From contig JAHRHZ010000066.1 in assembly GCA_024137785.1 (NCBI GenBank), positions 26,405,135 to 26,469,134 on the forward strand: a stretch of DNA of 64,000 bases, written 5' to 3'. The translations under genes were made by a program, and so were the position numbers. This document shows, in pieces, positions 11,444 to 25,179 of this stretch. How positions within the stretch are numbered: position 1 is the stretch's first letter; every line of letters starts with the position of its first letter. Source of the DNA: Ginglymostoma cirratum. Lineage: Eukaryota. The notes beneath the pieces were generated by a model. It was not told the origin of the DNA and did no database searches. It was given only the letters and a program-made list of their open reading frames with translations.

Positions 11444-11583
11444 GGGTGAAAACAAACTACTGCGGATGCTGGAATCTGAAACAAACACAGAAAGTGCTGA
11501 ACAAACTCAGCAGGTCTGGCAGCATCTGTCAAATAGAGAAACAGAGTTAACGTTTCGAGTCCAGTATGACTGTTCTTCAGAAC
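11444..11583 (-). ncRNA. Minimal hammerhead ribozyme motif in a Penelope-tail element
   Basis: Minus strand gtt-CTGAAGA-acagtcatactggactc-GAAAC-GTT-aac; 11-bp TSD aagattttgtt at 11433-11443 and 11584-11594. Confidence 0.7.
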
Positions 11584-11699
11584 AAGATTTTGTTTGATCT
11601 GTATGGTTAAAATATCTGCTCAATGCAATTTTCACAATTTTGCTTATCTTCCTTAGCACCGTTCTTGATTAACAAGATGGCGCATTGACGAGGCAAAAC

Positions 11700-13225
11700 A
11701 AAACATGTGAGGTTACTTAATAGAATGTATCCCAGAATGTTGTTGGAACTAAGGAAGGAAATTGCAAGACACCTTGCAGAATTATTTGTACCATCTTTAA
11801 AAGGGTGAGGCACCTGATCACTGGAGGATGGCTAATGTTGTGCCTTTAAGAAGGGCTGTAAGGAGATACTGGGGAAACTATAGACCTGCGAATCTGACTT
11901 TGGCTGTGGATAAATTGTTGGAGGTTATTATAAAAGATAGGATTTATGGACATTTAGACAGGCAAAAATTGATTAGGAGTAGTCAGCATGGTTTTGTGCG
12001 AGGAAAATGCATTTCACAAACTTGATTGAGTTTTTTGAGAAAGTTACCAAAAAGATTGAGGGCACAGCAGTAGACATTATTTATTTGAATTTTAGTAAAG
12101 CTTTTGACAAGGTTCCACTTGGTAGACTAATTGGTAAAGTTAGGTCACGTGGGATTCAGGGTGAACTTGCCAATTGGATACATAATTGGCTTAAGGGCAG
12201 GAAACAGAGAGTGGTGGTGGAGCTTTGTTTTCCAGACCAGAGGCCTGTGGCCAGTGGTGTTCCACAGGGATCAGTTCTGGGTTCTGTTTTGTTTGTCATT
12301 TATATAAATGATTTGGATGAGAATATAGAAGGCATACTTAGTAAGTTTGCAGATGACACCAAAATTGGTGGCATTGTAGACAGTGAAGAAGATTTTCTAA
12401 GATTTCAAAGGGATCTTGATCAAATGGGTTAATGGGCTGAGAAAGGGCAGATGGAGTTTAATCAGGATAAATGTGGGGAATTGCATTTTGGTACAACAAA
12501 CAAGGGTAGGGCTTATACAATTAATGGTAGGCCCTTCGGTAGTGTTATAGAGCAGGGGGACATAGGTGTTCAGGACATAATCCTTTGAAGTTTGCATTAC
12601 ATATGGACAGGGTGGTTAAAAAGGCATTTAGCACACTCAGTCTTTTGAGTATAGGAGTTGGGAAGTCATGTTAAGGTTATACAGGACACTGGTGAGACCT
12701 TTTCTGGAGTACTTGTCCAGTTCTAGTTGCCCAGTTATAGGAAGGATATTACCAAGCTAGAGAGGGTTCAGAAGAGATTTACCTGGATGTTGCAGTATGA
12801 AAGGTCTGATTTATAAAAAAAAAGGCTTGATAGGCTTGGACTTTTTTTTTCTCCAGAGTGTAGAAGGTCGAGAGATGACCTTATAGAAATGTATAAAATC
12901 ATGAGGGGTATAGATAGGGTTAATGGTAGTTGTCTTTTCCCTAGGATGGTGGATTTCAAGCCCAAGGTGAGAGGAGAGAGAGTTAAAAAAGATACGAGGG
13001 GAAAAATTTTTACAGAGAGGGATGTTGTCATGTGGAATGAACCTCCTGAGGAAGTGGTGGATACGGGCACGATTACAATGTTTGAAAGACATTTGGATAA
13101 GTACAGGAAAGGTTTGAGGGAAATGGGCAAGGAGCAGGCAGGTAGGACTAGTTTAGTTTGATTATTTTCAGCATGGACTGGTTGGACCAAAGGATCTGCT
13201 TCCCTTCTGTTTGACTCTGTGACCC
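11700..13225 (+). mobile_element. CR1 LINE RT and 3' end
   Basis: ORFs [43 protein letters not shown]. Confidence 0.95.
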
Positions 13226-13349
13226 TATAAGATAAAGGGCCTTGGTTTTGGACTTCATGTATTAGCACTGATAAGAGTGATCGGCTGTGCGTAAAGAAGG
13301 CTATACAGTATTTTAAGGTCTCTTGTGTCTCAGTGTCCCTGAAGAGATG

Positions 13350-13512
13350 TTGTTAAGTACTTTCAAGGATCAGGTAGACAGATTTTAATCAGTGAGGGAG
13401 TCAAGGGTTGTAGAAAAAAGGTAGGAGAGCGGATTATCAGATCAGCCATGATCTCATTGAATGGTGGAGCAGACTCATTGGGACAAATGCCCTACCTCTG
13501 CTCCTATGTCTA
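13350..13512 (+). mobile_element. CR1 3' UTR fragment
   Basis: agatcagccatgatctcattgaatggtggagcagactc..tgctcctatgtct. Confidence 0.85.
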
Positions 13513-14004
13513 ATGGGCATTACATCCATGAAAGGCAATATTTACATTAAGCGTGTAGGTGTGTATCCTTTTAGCACAATGAAGTCCCATAATATAACAA
13601 CACTTGGTATGTTTATTTAAAGGTTTGTCGCTTTCAAGGACTAGAATCCCTGCCTTGTTTCTCAGGAGGTCAGTTCTGAATCTGCAAGTCTTGTGGCCCC
13701 AATACAGGTGGGGTATTCCAACCATTGGAAATATATGCCTTTCAACTTTACACTTTTAAAAATGTATTTATTCATGACAGTTGGGAATTGGCAACGCAGC
13801 CAGCATTTATTATCCAATCAATTGTCACAAAGGAAGTGCTGGCTAGCCACTTTCTTATAGTCAATGTGGTAAAGTGTTTCCTCAGGTCTGTTAGGGAGTG
13901 CATTTCAGGTCCAACAACAAAGGAGTGACAATGATTCTAAGTCAGCTTGGTGTGTGACTTGAAAAGGAACTTGTAGGGTGTTCCCATGTGCCTGCTGTCC
14001 TGGC

Positions 14005-14370
14005 TTTTTTTTTCCTTTATTCATTCATAGGATGAGGACTGTCACTGGTTAGGCAGCATTTATTGCCCATCCCTAATTGTCCAGAGGGCAGTTAAGAGTC
14101 AACCACAATGCTGTGGGTCTGGAGTCACATGTAGGCCAGACCAGGTATGGATGGCAGTTTCCTTCCCTAAAGGACTTTAGCGAACCAGATGGGTTTTTCC
14201 CGACAATCAACAATGAATTCATGGTCATCAATAGATTCTTAATTCCAGATATGTATTGAATTAAAATTCCACAATCTGCCATGGTGGGATTCAAACTCAG
14301 GTCCCTGGAACATTAGCTGGGTCTCTGGGTTAACAGTCCAGCGATAATACCACTTGGCCATCATCTCCCC
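14005..14370 (-). mobile_element. tRNA-derived SINE with LINE-derived tail
   Basis: Reverse complement of the SINE at 26978-27332; inserted in a LINE 3' fragment (about 13760-14420). Confidence 0.9.
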
Positions 14371-15379
14371 TTTGTTGGTACAGATCATGGATTTGAAAGG
14401 TTCTATCCAAGGAGCATTTGGGATTGCTGGGTAGGGCTAATGTTGCCACTAAGCTGTGAAATGCACACGCATACAGTTACTCTGACATTCTGCTCCCAGT
14501 GATCGGCATGCCAGCATGATTGCAGCATTGACCTCTGGTTCCAGAAGTCACTGCTGTGTTCAGACTTTGGAGGAAGAAAATAAAATTAGCAGGAAGGCTG
14601 GATGGGGCTCACCCATTATTGACGGAAGAAGTGAATGTCTAAGATGGTGTTGTTGGTATCTTTCCATTTACAGGAGATGATGGACAGGAAGCAAACAATC
14701 CACTTAGGCGGAGGGGCTTCACTTGATGCAATTTTGCTGTTATGAAAATCTGTGATCTCAAGCACTAATCTTAAAGTTCATTGGCTACTTTCATATATTA
14801 ACACTTTTATAAAGAGTTTCGTAGACTATGAGATAACTGGCAGACCTTTTTGCTAATTCAAGCTTGTGTTCTGATCCCAGCTGTTAGTAATACAGGATGA
14901 CACTAGGATCTGACTTGATAGACCATAAGTTTTCTTTTTCATTTTGCTTACCGTGGAGGTTTGCCACTGATCTAAACGGTTGCCGATGTACTTATTACGA
15001 AAGAACAGAAAATCTTATTACACAAAGAATACAAACTATCTTTTACTATAGAAGAACTATATATAACAAAGTCATTATAAATATTGGAAAGGTCAAAAAA
15101 TTCAAAACTTTTGCTACTGGGGTACCTTTACAAATATGCAAACCTCAGTGAAGGATCACCCCCCCACCCCGGCCCCCCATTTGTACAATAAAACTCCTTG
15201 TTCAACTGGCATGGCTGTAATCAATTTCCTTTTAGGCAAATTTCTGTGAATTCATTCAATTCTATTTTCTTCTTTTAATGTCTCTCCCAGACACCTTTGA
15301 GCAAGCTTCAAACTCAACTTCCTACCGCTACCAGAAATGGATTCCTTAAACTCACGTCTCCAACAGCTTTGGAGGATGA

Positions 15380-15540
15380 TTAAAACAGAAAGTGCTGGAG
15401 AAGCGCAATGTGTCTGGCAGCATCCATGGAAAGAGAAACTGGGTCAATCTTTTGAGTCCAACTTGACTTCTTAGGAGTTTCTCCAGCACTTTCTGTTTTT
15501 ATTTCAGATTGCCAGCATCAGCAGTATTTTACTTTTATTG
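15380..15540. mobile_element. Foldback Penelope-tail element
   Basis: aaaacagaaagtgctggagaa ... ttctccagcactttctgtttt inverted arms. Confidence 0.8.
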
Positions 15541-15666
15541 TGGTATGATTTCCTCTCTGACATCTTCACAACCTTTCGCTTCTGGAATTTTGTTCTAAAA
15601 AACTTGGGACTTCTCCCCTTCTGCCCTAGTTACTTTTGGAGACTGCTAAACTAATGGCACCTCTGA

Positions 15667-16309
15667 TGTTACAGACCTGTTTACTAATCTGTATTCAGTG
15701 TCCCCTCTTTCTGGGTTTTAAAACCCAAATCAGCCAACACCTTAGCAACTATCTTGGGATGTGGATGTGGCTTGCTAGTCATTTGGTAAAAATCACATGA
15801 TTCCTTGGAAATGCTGTCTTTAGCTCACTGTTTAAAATTATTTTCTTGATGGGCTTACCATAATATCTTATTTGGACACATAATTTTGAAATTTAAAAAC
15901 CAGTCAACTGACAACAGCCATCCTTATTGCCAAATATCAAAAAGTCAGATCAAGCTGCTTTCTCCCCAGACTGCAAACAACAGGAATGAGGAAAAATCAA
16001 TCTCCCTGTCTCTCTCTTTCTCTCTCTAATCTAGCAGCTACATTTGGATTTTCTCAGTCTTGGCCTATGTCTACATCTCTGTAAGCAGACAGAGGGCTTG
16101 AGAGGACAAACCTCTGAATCTCTGCAGGAATGTCTCCAGAAAAAAAGTCACATCCAGCTACATTGTGAAACGTTGTCTCAATTGAGAACCAAAAACCTGT
16201 GAATTCCAGCTGGACCAAGACACTGGTCATAAATTGTGAACTGATCTTTCTTTTTCATGACTTCATATTTGGCCTCATTTGCTGTACCTACCTATAGTTT
16301 TATAATGTA

Positions 16310-16361
<52 letters not shown>

Positions 16362-16500
16362 ATTTCAAATGCATGCGTTGTGTTTCAGGACTTTTATTAA
16401 TTGTTTCATATCTTTGGCAAGATTGGTTTCAAAACAATAAAATTGACTTCTTAACTTTGTGAAAACCTGTCCGGCTATCCGGATAATTTTTTTTTTACAA
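15667..16500 (+). mobile_element. Probable solo LTR
   Basis: Begins tgttacag; CT-rich and GT-rich tracts; aataaa near 16436; no coding signal. Confidence 0.4.
16312..16359. repeat. (TG)24 microsatellite
   Basis: Perfect dinucleotide run. Confidence 0.98.
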
Positions 16501-16544
16501 ATTCACATAAATATATACACAGATCCTTCTTTCAATTTTTAAAC

Positions 16545-18330
16545 ACACTTGGACCATGACCATCGTTTTCTTGATCCTCAGGCAGGAGAGACAGTCCATG
16601 AGTCTTTTTAGACATGTTTCTGTATGAGCGTGTTTTCACAACAGGGCATTAACCGTGTATTAGAGCTCCCTGACCAGGATGCAAAGTGGTTTTTATCTTT
16701 GCTTTCAGTCTCAATAGTGTGTAAAGCTGGCCATCTGACCTGATGTGCAAATAGATTCCTTCCATGTTGCCAGGGAAAGTAAAGGCCAGCAGCATAGGGA
16801 AGAATGTTGCAGTCAGGGTGGTGGCTCGAACACACCTCTACCTCATTCCATTCTTCACTCCAAAACTGTCAAAATTGGAGTAATCAAATTGTACAGTGCA
16901 GTGCATGTTGTTGAGGAAGGAATGGATGAAACCGAGGAGTTTTGATTGGAGAGCCAATTTTTCCCAAAGTCTTGTCGTGTCCTGTGCTGCTGACAGTGTT
17001 GATTGTATTACTTTTAAGGATCACATTAAGACAACATTAATAAAATAATTGTATAACTGTTAATGACATTTAAAATACAACAAATAAATAAATACCCTGT
17101 TCCCTAGATCTCTTCTCTTGTACTTGGAATATCGAGAAGATGTCCACAGTCAATCTTTTGGCATGGAAAATGCATCATGTCTCGGGTTCATTTGGTTAGC
17201 AAGTGGTTGATTCTTGGAAGAATATCCCAAGCAAGGGCCTTCCTTGTCACTCTGATGAGTGAGTTGCCCCTGTAACTACCTTCTACCGTCTCTTCTGTTG
17301 CCTTTGTTTTTGTGCAGCATGGTGACTTCCCTATCACACCATCTCCTGTGGAATCAAGCCTACCTGTCAGCAGAGAAAGTCAGGTCATAGAGGTGTGGCA
17401 ATCAGTGCAACTTTCTGTACTTCAGCAGTTTGGCTGGATTTAATTCCTTGACAATTTATTTTGTGTTTACCAGGTGGTGTGTGACCTTCTCAAGCTCAAG
17501 TAGTGAAGGTTCTTCATTGAAATCATCCGTGACAGGAAGTGGTGAGAGATCATCAAGTGTGGATTGGTAGATACGTGGCTCTCGGGACTGCAGCTCACAA
17601 TAATGTTTGGCTGAGTGGAACAACTGTTTAGTTGTGTTAATGAGCATGTCACCATCTGCTGGTTTCCAGGAAACAATTTTAGTAACACCAGGGTTGAGTA
17701 TCCTCTTCATCACTTCACATCCAGCCCATACATTTCCATTGTCATTGGCAATTTGGGTTTCTTGTCATAAGTTGATGCGATGTTTATTTTCAGTTTACTC
17801 CCTACCATTTAATGGTTGACTGGCTGCTTTCAAGATGTGTAGTGTTTTAGCTGCTGGATTATGTTGTGCACCATGTGTTTTTTGTTTTTTGCATCAATGG
17901 CAGATGCAAACTAGTCCTTGTCCCTTGAGGTTTCTGCTGCCTCAGTACATTGTGTGATGGGCCACTGTGTTTGAAACTGTGAAACGTTCAAAAATACACT
18001 TTCTTTCTACAGCTGACAAAAGAGTGGTCAGTGTCACAGTCTATGCTGTGGGTGTTTGGAACACTGGATAGATCATACCCTCTTGTAATGACCAGGTCTA
18101 ATTGATGTGAATGTCCAAAACTTGTGTGATACCATGAGTATGTTGTGGCAACATCTGCCCTGAAAACAGGTGTTGCTGATGCTGCAATCATTTTGGGTAT
18201 TAAGCTCAAGAATGCATTATTTCTTATCATTGATTATTATTATTTCTTATCATTGCCCATGGAATTAAGGTATATGAACCATGAATCACTGTCTTTCCCA
18301 ACACATGGGTCAAAGACACACCTGGAGGAA
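16545..18330 (-). mobile_element. RTE-clade LINE, endonuclease to RT, decayed
   Basis: HQLDLVITR, DCDTDHS, EEPSLLELEK, FLNNMHCTVQFD..FGVKNGMR*RCV, RSDGQLY..RLKAK. Confidence 0.85.
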
Positions 18331-18379
18331 TAGTCTCTTGCCTTTGGAATTCCTTATTAGAACAGGAAATCCAACAACC

Positions 18380-19010
18380 TCAGCCATCTCCATTTGTGTT
18401 ACTGATGCCAACCAATGAAGAGTTCCCCTCAATTGCCGTTGATTTCAGTATGACCAGGGCTCTTTGCTGCCACACACAGTCAAATGCCAAGGACAAATAT
18501 TCTAATTTCACCTCTGGGATGCTGTCTTTTGTCCATGTTCGGATCAAGGCTGTAATAAGATTTGATTGTAAATGGCTTTTCTGGAACCTAAACTGGCCCT
18601 CATTAAGCAGCTTATTGGTGAAGAAGTGTTGTTTGACAGCACTGCCAACTGTACATTCCATCAATTTGCTGATGATTGAGAGTAGATCCGAGGGAATAAT
18701 TGACCTCATTCAATTTGCCCTTGTTTTTATAGCCAGAACAAATCTAGGCTTTTTTTTGCATTGTTGGGTATATTTGAGTGTTCAAGCTCCACTGGAAAAG
18801 CTTGGCTAGAGGCAATTATGGAGAACAGTTCTTGAGCACAACAATCATGAAATTGTCAGGTCTTATAGCCTTTCCAGTATCATTTCAGTGAATGAAATTG
18901 GCTGAATACTGGCTTCTGTGATGGAGGGAACTTCAAGAGGCAGCCTCTACTTGGCATTTCTGGATGATGAGGGTTGCAAACACTTCAGTCCTGTCTTTGT
19001 ACTCACATGC
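18380..19010 (-). mobile_element. Jockey-group (CR1/L2-related) LINE fragment
   Basis: ORF LLSIISKLME..AVKQH..QFRFQKSH..LITALIRTWTK..AFDCVW. Confidence 0.8.
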
Positions 19011-19699
19011 CAGCTATTTCTGAGTATGACGCAGAAGTGTGAATTGTTTGAAATCTGGTGCAATAGAAGTGCATGCCTACATAAAGATTTCATATTATAG
19101 ATATACATGTTTATATAAGATCTTATAAATGATTTACATTGATATTCGGACAAATATGAATGATTTGTAAATCAATTATATTATTAACTAAACCCTATGT
19201 TACAAACCAGGATAAAATAGAATGAAAATATTAGGTACCGTTGAACACTGCTGACCAAAACAAATAAACATTCATCTTTAATTGCCTCTATCAGCCAAAG
19301 TTCTAATCAGTCATTGGGGTTCAGTCCAGACTGTTCATTGTGGCTTGCTTTTCCTCCAGTCTCTGATTTATGCCAGATGAAGTACAGACTGTTCCTGTTA
19401 AATAAATAAATAGTTTGTCACAAACTTGTGCTTTCCTACCATATTAGAAGGTGGGGATTGTGAGGGAATGTCTGACATGCTGTTAATGCAATTCAGATTT
19501 TACAAAATCTAAACTATTTTTCAATGTTATTTCATTTTGAAAGATCCTTTTTTTCAAAAAAAGAAACAACCATTTTCAGGATCTTTTGAACTGAAAACAT
19601 TAAAAATGTGAAATAACAGCAGAACCATTCGTTAAGAAATATAATCAAAATAAATTATTCACTTAGTGCAAATACAAAGCCACATATTAAACCCTGGTG

Positions 19700-22600
19700 C
19701 TACCTGCTTTATTTTGTGCTTTAAGCCAATACTGCTACCTGTACATTGAGATACTGGTCTAAGGTATCTCAGAGTGGGGGTCCCTTTACGTATATTGTCC
19801 CTGAAGCTCCCTGACCTTGTTCATAAGTAAGGTTCTTCAATTCCACATGTACTGTCACACTCCTATATTAACATATCTGCACATAGATTCTTAAGTACAG
19901 GTCTCTAGTGTAGTGTCTAAGACCTCTCTTTTAATATGCTGCTTCGAAATTGGTGATTCGTCTCATACTGATTTCAGAATCATATGATCAGTTATAGTAT
20001 CCCAATTTACATGAATACAATTAAATCACATATCCCCACTCCCAGTTTTTGCACTGCGTTTAGAGTTGTACAACCCACACTGCTTTTACTTGTGGCTTTT
20101 CTCTAGTTATTTGACCTTCTTGTCTTAAATGGTTATATTTGGCTTGAGGTTATATACAGAAACTGGTATACCCATTTTTAACCTCATCCTAAAATTAACA
20201 GTTTCACTGGTGAGTTCTGCTATTCGATGGCATTGTTCCGGAACGGTCGAGAGCTAATTCCCAGTCTGGATTCTAAAGTCTCAGTCACTTCACAGTCTTG
20301 AATACTTCTTCCCTCTGTCAGTTCAACTGAGGATGCAGTGAAGATCTTGTCACCTGATTGATGCCTGCCTCGAAAGAGAACTTGCCAAAATCCTCATTTA
20401 CAAATTAAGGCCCATTGTCCAATATTATTTCTTTTGGGAAAGTGTATATCCCAAAGATTCTTTGTTCACTGAATCTGCTTTGGTTGATGAAGTGGTGCTA
20501 CCTCAATCCATCTTGAATAATAGTCAGCTGTGACTACATACAAAATCAAACAAATCCACTGCTAGCCTCTCCCATGGCCTTTGCAGAAGATTTCGATGGA
20601 ATCATTGGCTTTATAGGCACTTGGCTGTATTTGGATCAGGTTTGGTATGACAGGATATAATCCTGTACGTCTGTTGAAATGCCTGGCCACCACCCGGATT
20701 GTTCGGCTCATGCTGTGCACTTCGTGATACCTAGATGTCCGCCATGGAGTTTCTGTGTGATTTTTCTTCGCATTGACATTGATATAATTATTCTATTGTT
20801 GTACTCCAATGAATCTTCCACTACTGTCAAGTATTGTTTCTACTTCGGGTGTCTCTCCAGCATTTGGTCTGTTGGACTATTTTTCATTCATCCTTGTAGA
20901 CAGAGTTGTCTGATCTTTACGCATTCCTTGTCAGACCTTTGAGCTGCATGAATTTGCATAGGTTTGCCCAGGCTCACAAGTAATGTGTTGCCTAGTGCCA
21001 TTGAATTAGTCTCTTTTAGAAAAAAAACCCTTTTTTTTGCTGGATCCACTACTGCCTTTGCAGGTGTATCCGTCATTATTTCTACCTTGACTGGGACATA
21101 TATCGTATCGTTGTGTCTGATCAGGCTAAATATAAATCTTTGTAAGTGTAGAAGGCCAGTGATGTCCATATCCCACGAACAAAGTTTAAACAATGAATTT
21201 TTAGGTTTCTTTTTATCCCAACAATGTCACCAAAGGCCTGTGGTTCATCTAATTTCCCCCAGGAGGCGGGAAAAGCATCCATTTTCATGTTCTGTCCATT
21301 TGCTCTTAAATAAAGTCTGCTTCTAGCCCTGCGGACGATGCATCTGCAGCAATGATAGTGAATAAGCCTCGACTATAATATGCTAAAAGATCAGAAGTAG
21401 CAAGTAATAGATACAACTGTGTGGAGCTGGAGGAACACACCAGGCCAGGCAGCATCAAAGTAGCAGGAAAGCTGATGTTTCAGGTCGGGAGAAGGGTCCC
21501 GACCCGAAACGTCAGCTTTCCTGCTCCTCTGATGCTGCCTGGCCTGCTGTATTCCTCCAGCTCCACACTGTGTTATCTCTGACTCCAGCATTGGCAGTTC
21601 ATACTGTCTCAGAAGTAGCAAGTAATTTCTTTTTAATATCTTCAAGAGATGCAGTCTGTTCCTGAGTTTAATGACAAGGCTGGCCTTCTTCCCAAAGCCC
21701 TCTTATGGGTTGGATTGCCTGGAAAAATGATGGAAGCAGGTTCAATTCAGGCATTCAGGAAGGTATTGGATGATTGTTTTGATTAGAAATGATGTATGGG
21801 GACTTGGGGAAAAGGCAGGAGATTGGCACTAGGTAATAGAACAGGTACAGGTGGATCATTGGCCTTCTTCTGAGCCGTATGTGATTCTGGGTTGAGTAAG
21901 AATGGGGATAAACCTTGCCTTTTCATTCACAATACCTAAGAATCACAGTACAACATTTCTGTACCTCAATGCCTAAAATTCCCTGGTGACTTGTGTCTTC
22001 CTTGGATCTACCATGATGCCCTTTGGGTCTTGGATAATGTATCCTAGAAATGTAATCATTACCCTAGAGAAGTGCCTATAATCTGTCCCTAACCATCTGG
22101 TCATGTTCCTCCATTTTTTTTACATGTTACCAGCATATCATCCATATGCAAATACTTCCCTGTTTCCCTTCCAGGATTCTAGACATTCCCTTCAGAAAAT
22201 CTCTTGTTACGGAGTAGATCCCAAATGTTGGACATTTAAAGCAATCCCACCTAAAAGGTGTAACGAATAAAGTCAACAATCCTGATTCTTAGTCTAAGGA
22301 TATCTGCCAGAACCAACAGTTGGCATCAGTTTTATGAAAAGCCTGCTTGTTTTCAAGTTTTTTTTTTATATTATTACTGACAGAAAAAATTGAATGGACT
22401 TCCTTCTTAATTCCTTCCTTTAGCTGAATTAGATTCACATCTAATCGTAGTCCTCGATTTTTCTTGGGAGCATTTCCTGAGTCCCATTGTGTCAATTCCT
22501 TTATTGGTGATGTGATCCCACTTTCCATCAAGCTGTCTAAATGAAAGGCTATTTTTCCCACCAAAGAATGTCTAAAATTTCTTGAGAGTGTGCAAGCAGT

Positions 22601-23230
22601 TGGGTTTAGCATCTTTGTGTAAAGTAATGTGATGCTTCTGCTTCAATTTGTTTAAATCTTTAAATGGTTTGGATATTCTCGTCCAAGCTCTCTTCCATCT
22701 TCATTCTCAAGTATTATATCCACTGTCTCTAAGAGATCTAGATGATACAAGCATTTCTGCTCTACAATGAGATATTCTGATTCCTCAGTGTATATGATGT
22801 TTCAATGATATGTTGTGACTAAGTTTTGTAGCGATTTACCTACGCACCTGAAGATCTTGGAGACTTTGGAGTTTCATGTTTACAAGTCTGTTTCTTACAG
22901 AGTTCAACCGTAGCTAGATGTCTGCCAGCTTTGAAACATCTACTTCTGTGTTGAGTTTAAATTCTGAGTCCAAATTCTTTCGGCTCTCTTTGACCTCACC
23001 TAGGAATGTTGTCTTCACCTTTTGGATCTACAGTGTATGAAAGTCTTAATCATGTTGCTGCTTTGCATATAAGCCTAAAGCTGTTCTGCAGTGCTGAAAC
23101 TACCTTTTCCAAAGTTCCTGCTTCTAGCTTCATTGTGCACCTACCATGTTACCAAATGGTTGCTCTGCCAATGCTGCAGCCCCTATATACTATCACAACT
23201 GACTGACCTGAGTGACTTAACCTTGTTGTT
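19700..23230 (-). mobile_element. Ty3/Gypsy LTR retrotransposon, canonical RT-RH-IN order, decayed
   Basis: RT ORF 22289-22612 (KTDANCWFWQISL); HMDD near 22140; integrase KLHGGHLGITKC..WWPGI..PWERLAVDLF..DYYSRWIEV at about 20500-20790; PPT at about 20031-20045 then TG LTR start at 20030. Confidence 0.85.
21409..21608. mobile_element. Foldback Penelope-tail element inserted in the Gypsy element
   Basis: About 80-bp inverted arms around gaagggtcccgacccgaaacgtc; 18-bp TSD tcagaagtagcaagtaat at 21391-21408 and 21609-21626. Confidence 0.9.
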
Positions 23231-23239
23231 AGGCGAAGT

Positions 23240-24010
23240 AATCACCTAGGTTTTGTTTTGATCCATGAACCGTTACATGTTATTTCCTGTTACTCAGCCA
23301 ATTTTGTATCCATGTCACTACTGTCCCTTTTATTCATGGACTCTAACTTTGTTCCAAGGTCTGTTATGCGGCACTTCTGGAAGTCTATGTATAGTACACC
23401 AACCTCACACTGATCAACCCTTCTCTGTTATCTCTTCAAAAAATGTCTAGCAAGTTAATTAAATGATGGTCTCTTAAGAAACTTGTGTTGGTTCTCCCTG
23501 ATTAATCTATATTTACCTATATGACTATTCATTTTGTCAATAATTGATTTTCTACAAATTTCCAACCCATCAAGGTTAAACTGACTGGTCTATAGTTGCT
23601 TATATAATTTACTCTTACAGTCTTTCTTGAACAAGGGTTTTACCCTCAGAGTTTTCTAGTCCTCTGGCGTATCACTGAGTCTAAGGAAGACTAAAAGATT
23701 ATAGCCAGTGGCTCTGCAATTTCTGCTCTTACCTATCTCAGTCTTGTTGGATAATCTCATTTGGTCCTGGTGCCTTGGTAACATTAAGTACAGTCAACCT
23801 ATCCGTTTTCTCCTCCTTACCAATTTTAAACATTTCTGGGTGACTGAATTTTCTCCTCTACCATCATGACTTGGGTAGTATCTTCTTCCTTGGTAAATAC
23901 AGACAAGAATTAAATGTAATAAACATATATTAAGACTGGAGGACAGATAAAATCTGAGACATGGATTTTCATAAAAATATTCAAATGTGCAGTCTGCCAC
24001 CTGGGAGTAT
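23240..24010 (-). mobile_element. CR1 LINE fragment
   Basis: Minus strand LFKK..SNYRPVSLT motifs. Confidence 0.8.
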
Positions 24011-24789
24011 GATGGTTACACAAATTCTATTGTCCCTCCTCCAATAAACCAGAATTAGGCAGATTCCATGCAGTTGCAGTCAGGTTTGAGCTTTTATAAA
24101 TGTTTACATCCCACCCAACTAAAACCAATCTATTTTTGAGGGTTAAAATTCCTCCCTTTTTGCTGTAGTTTTGGTTATGAGTTTGAATACAATGTTTGTT
24201 GTGGTTTATGTGTAAATTAAAACTAAAACAACAAGTACCAACCTTCTGCCAATCCACCATCTGACTGAATATTCACTCTGTTCACTTACCTGTGTGTAGG
24301 CCGTGCTGTAGGTTTCAATGCTGTAGCTCTTTGAGGTCTCTCCTCACTCATTAAGGCCCATTGCCACCTCTTGTGGTGTTACAGTGAAAATACAATTAGC
24401 TTTAACATTCCACAAAGCCGGCAGAGAAAATCTGCCAAAATTCACACCTCATAATGATATTTCAGAAATCCCAGCTGGAATATTGCTTCAATACAGATAT
24501 TGGGTGAGACAAGAATTGGGCAAAACTTGCTATTGTTCATGAGAAACAATTTAATGACACTCCCTCTTTAGATCCTATATGATTTGTCACTCAATGCTCA
24601 ATGAAACCACATGCAAAAGAAAATGAAGAGGATAAAAAGTGAAGAAGATATAACTGGATAATTAAATTGTCCAGGTATCAGAATATGGAAAGTAGGATCA
24701 GGAGTAGGCCTTTCAGCAGAGAATTTCACAGGCTTATCACTCTGGATAAAAAGATTTCTCCTCATTTATTAAATTACATTTGAAGTTTT

Positions 24790-25080
24790 GTGATTGTTAC
24801 ATAAAGTAACTTGACAGAAATTTTGAGCACAGCAAATTATTAGAAGCAATCAATTGAATGATCAGCACATCATTCAGTCATTTTTTTGAGGGAGGAATTT
24901 TGACAGGAAATCTGGGAGAACTTTGAACAATTCATTCAAGACTCAGGCATAGGCGAACAGAGGTTTGGTTTCTTGCCATTTCTGAAGGACAACCTATTTA
25001 ACATTGAAGTATTCCCTCAGGACTACCACCTCAGACTATGAACCCAAATCCTGATATGGGGTTCAAAACTCTGCCTCAGA
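24790..25080 (-). mobile_element. SacSINE1/Deu-like SINE, degraded
   Basis: gagcacagcaa..ctgggagaact..gtattccctcaggact. Confidence 0.6.
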
Positions 25081-25179
25081 TAAAAAATACCATGGACTTG
25101 ACATTGAATGATGCACCTCATTTCTTAATTGAATAGTTCACCAGTAAATTCAATCTAAAACTCCTACGATGTCAAAGTA

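Noticed and set aside
19295-19394. Minus-strand acceptor tttatttaacag followed by a short frame
   Set aside because: All three frames stop within 30 codons; no recognisable homology or donor
24285-24380. Perfect minus-strand donor CAG|gtaagt with a short ATG frame
   Set aside because: No convincing acceptor or homology; lies just upstream of a same-strand CR1 and may be its 5' region
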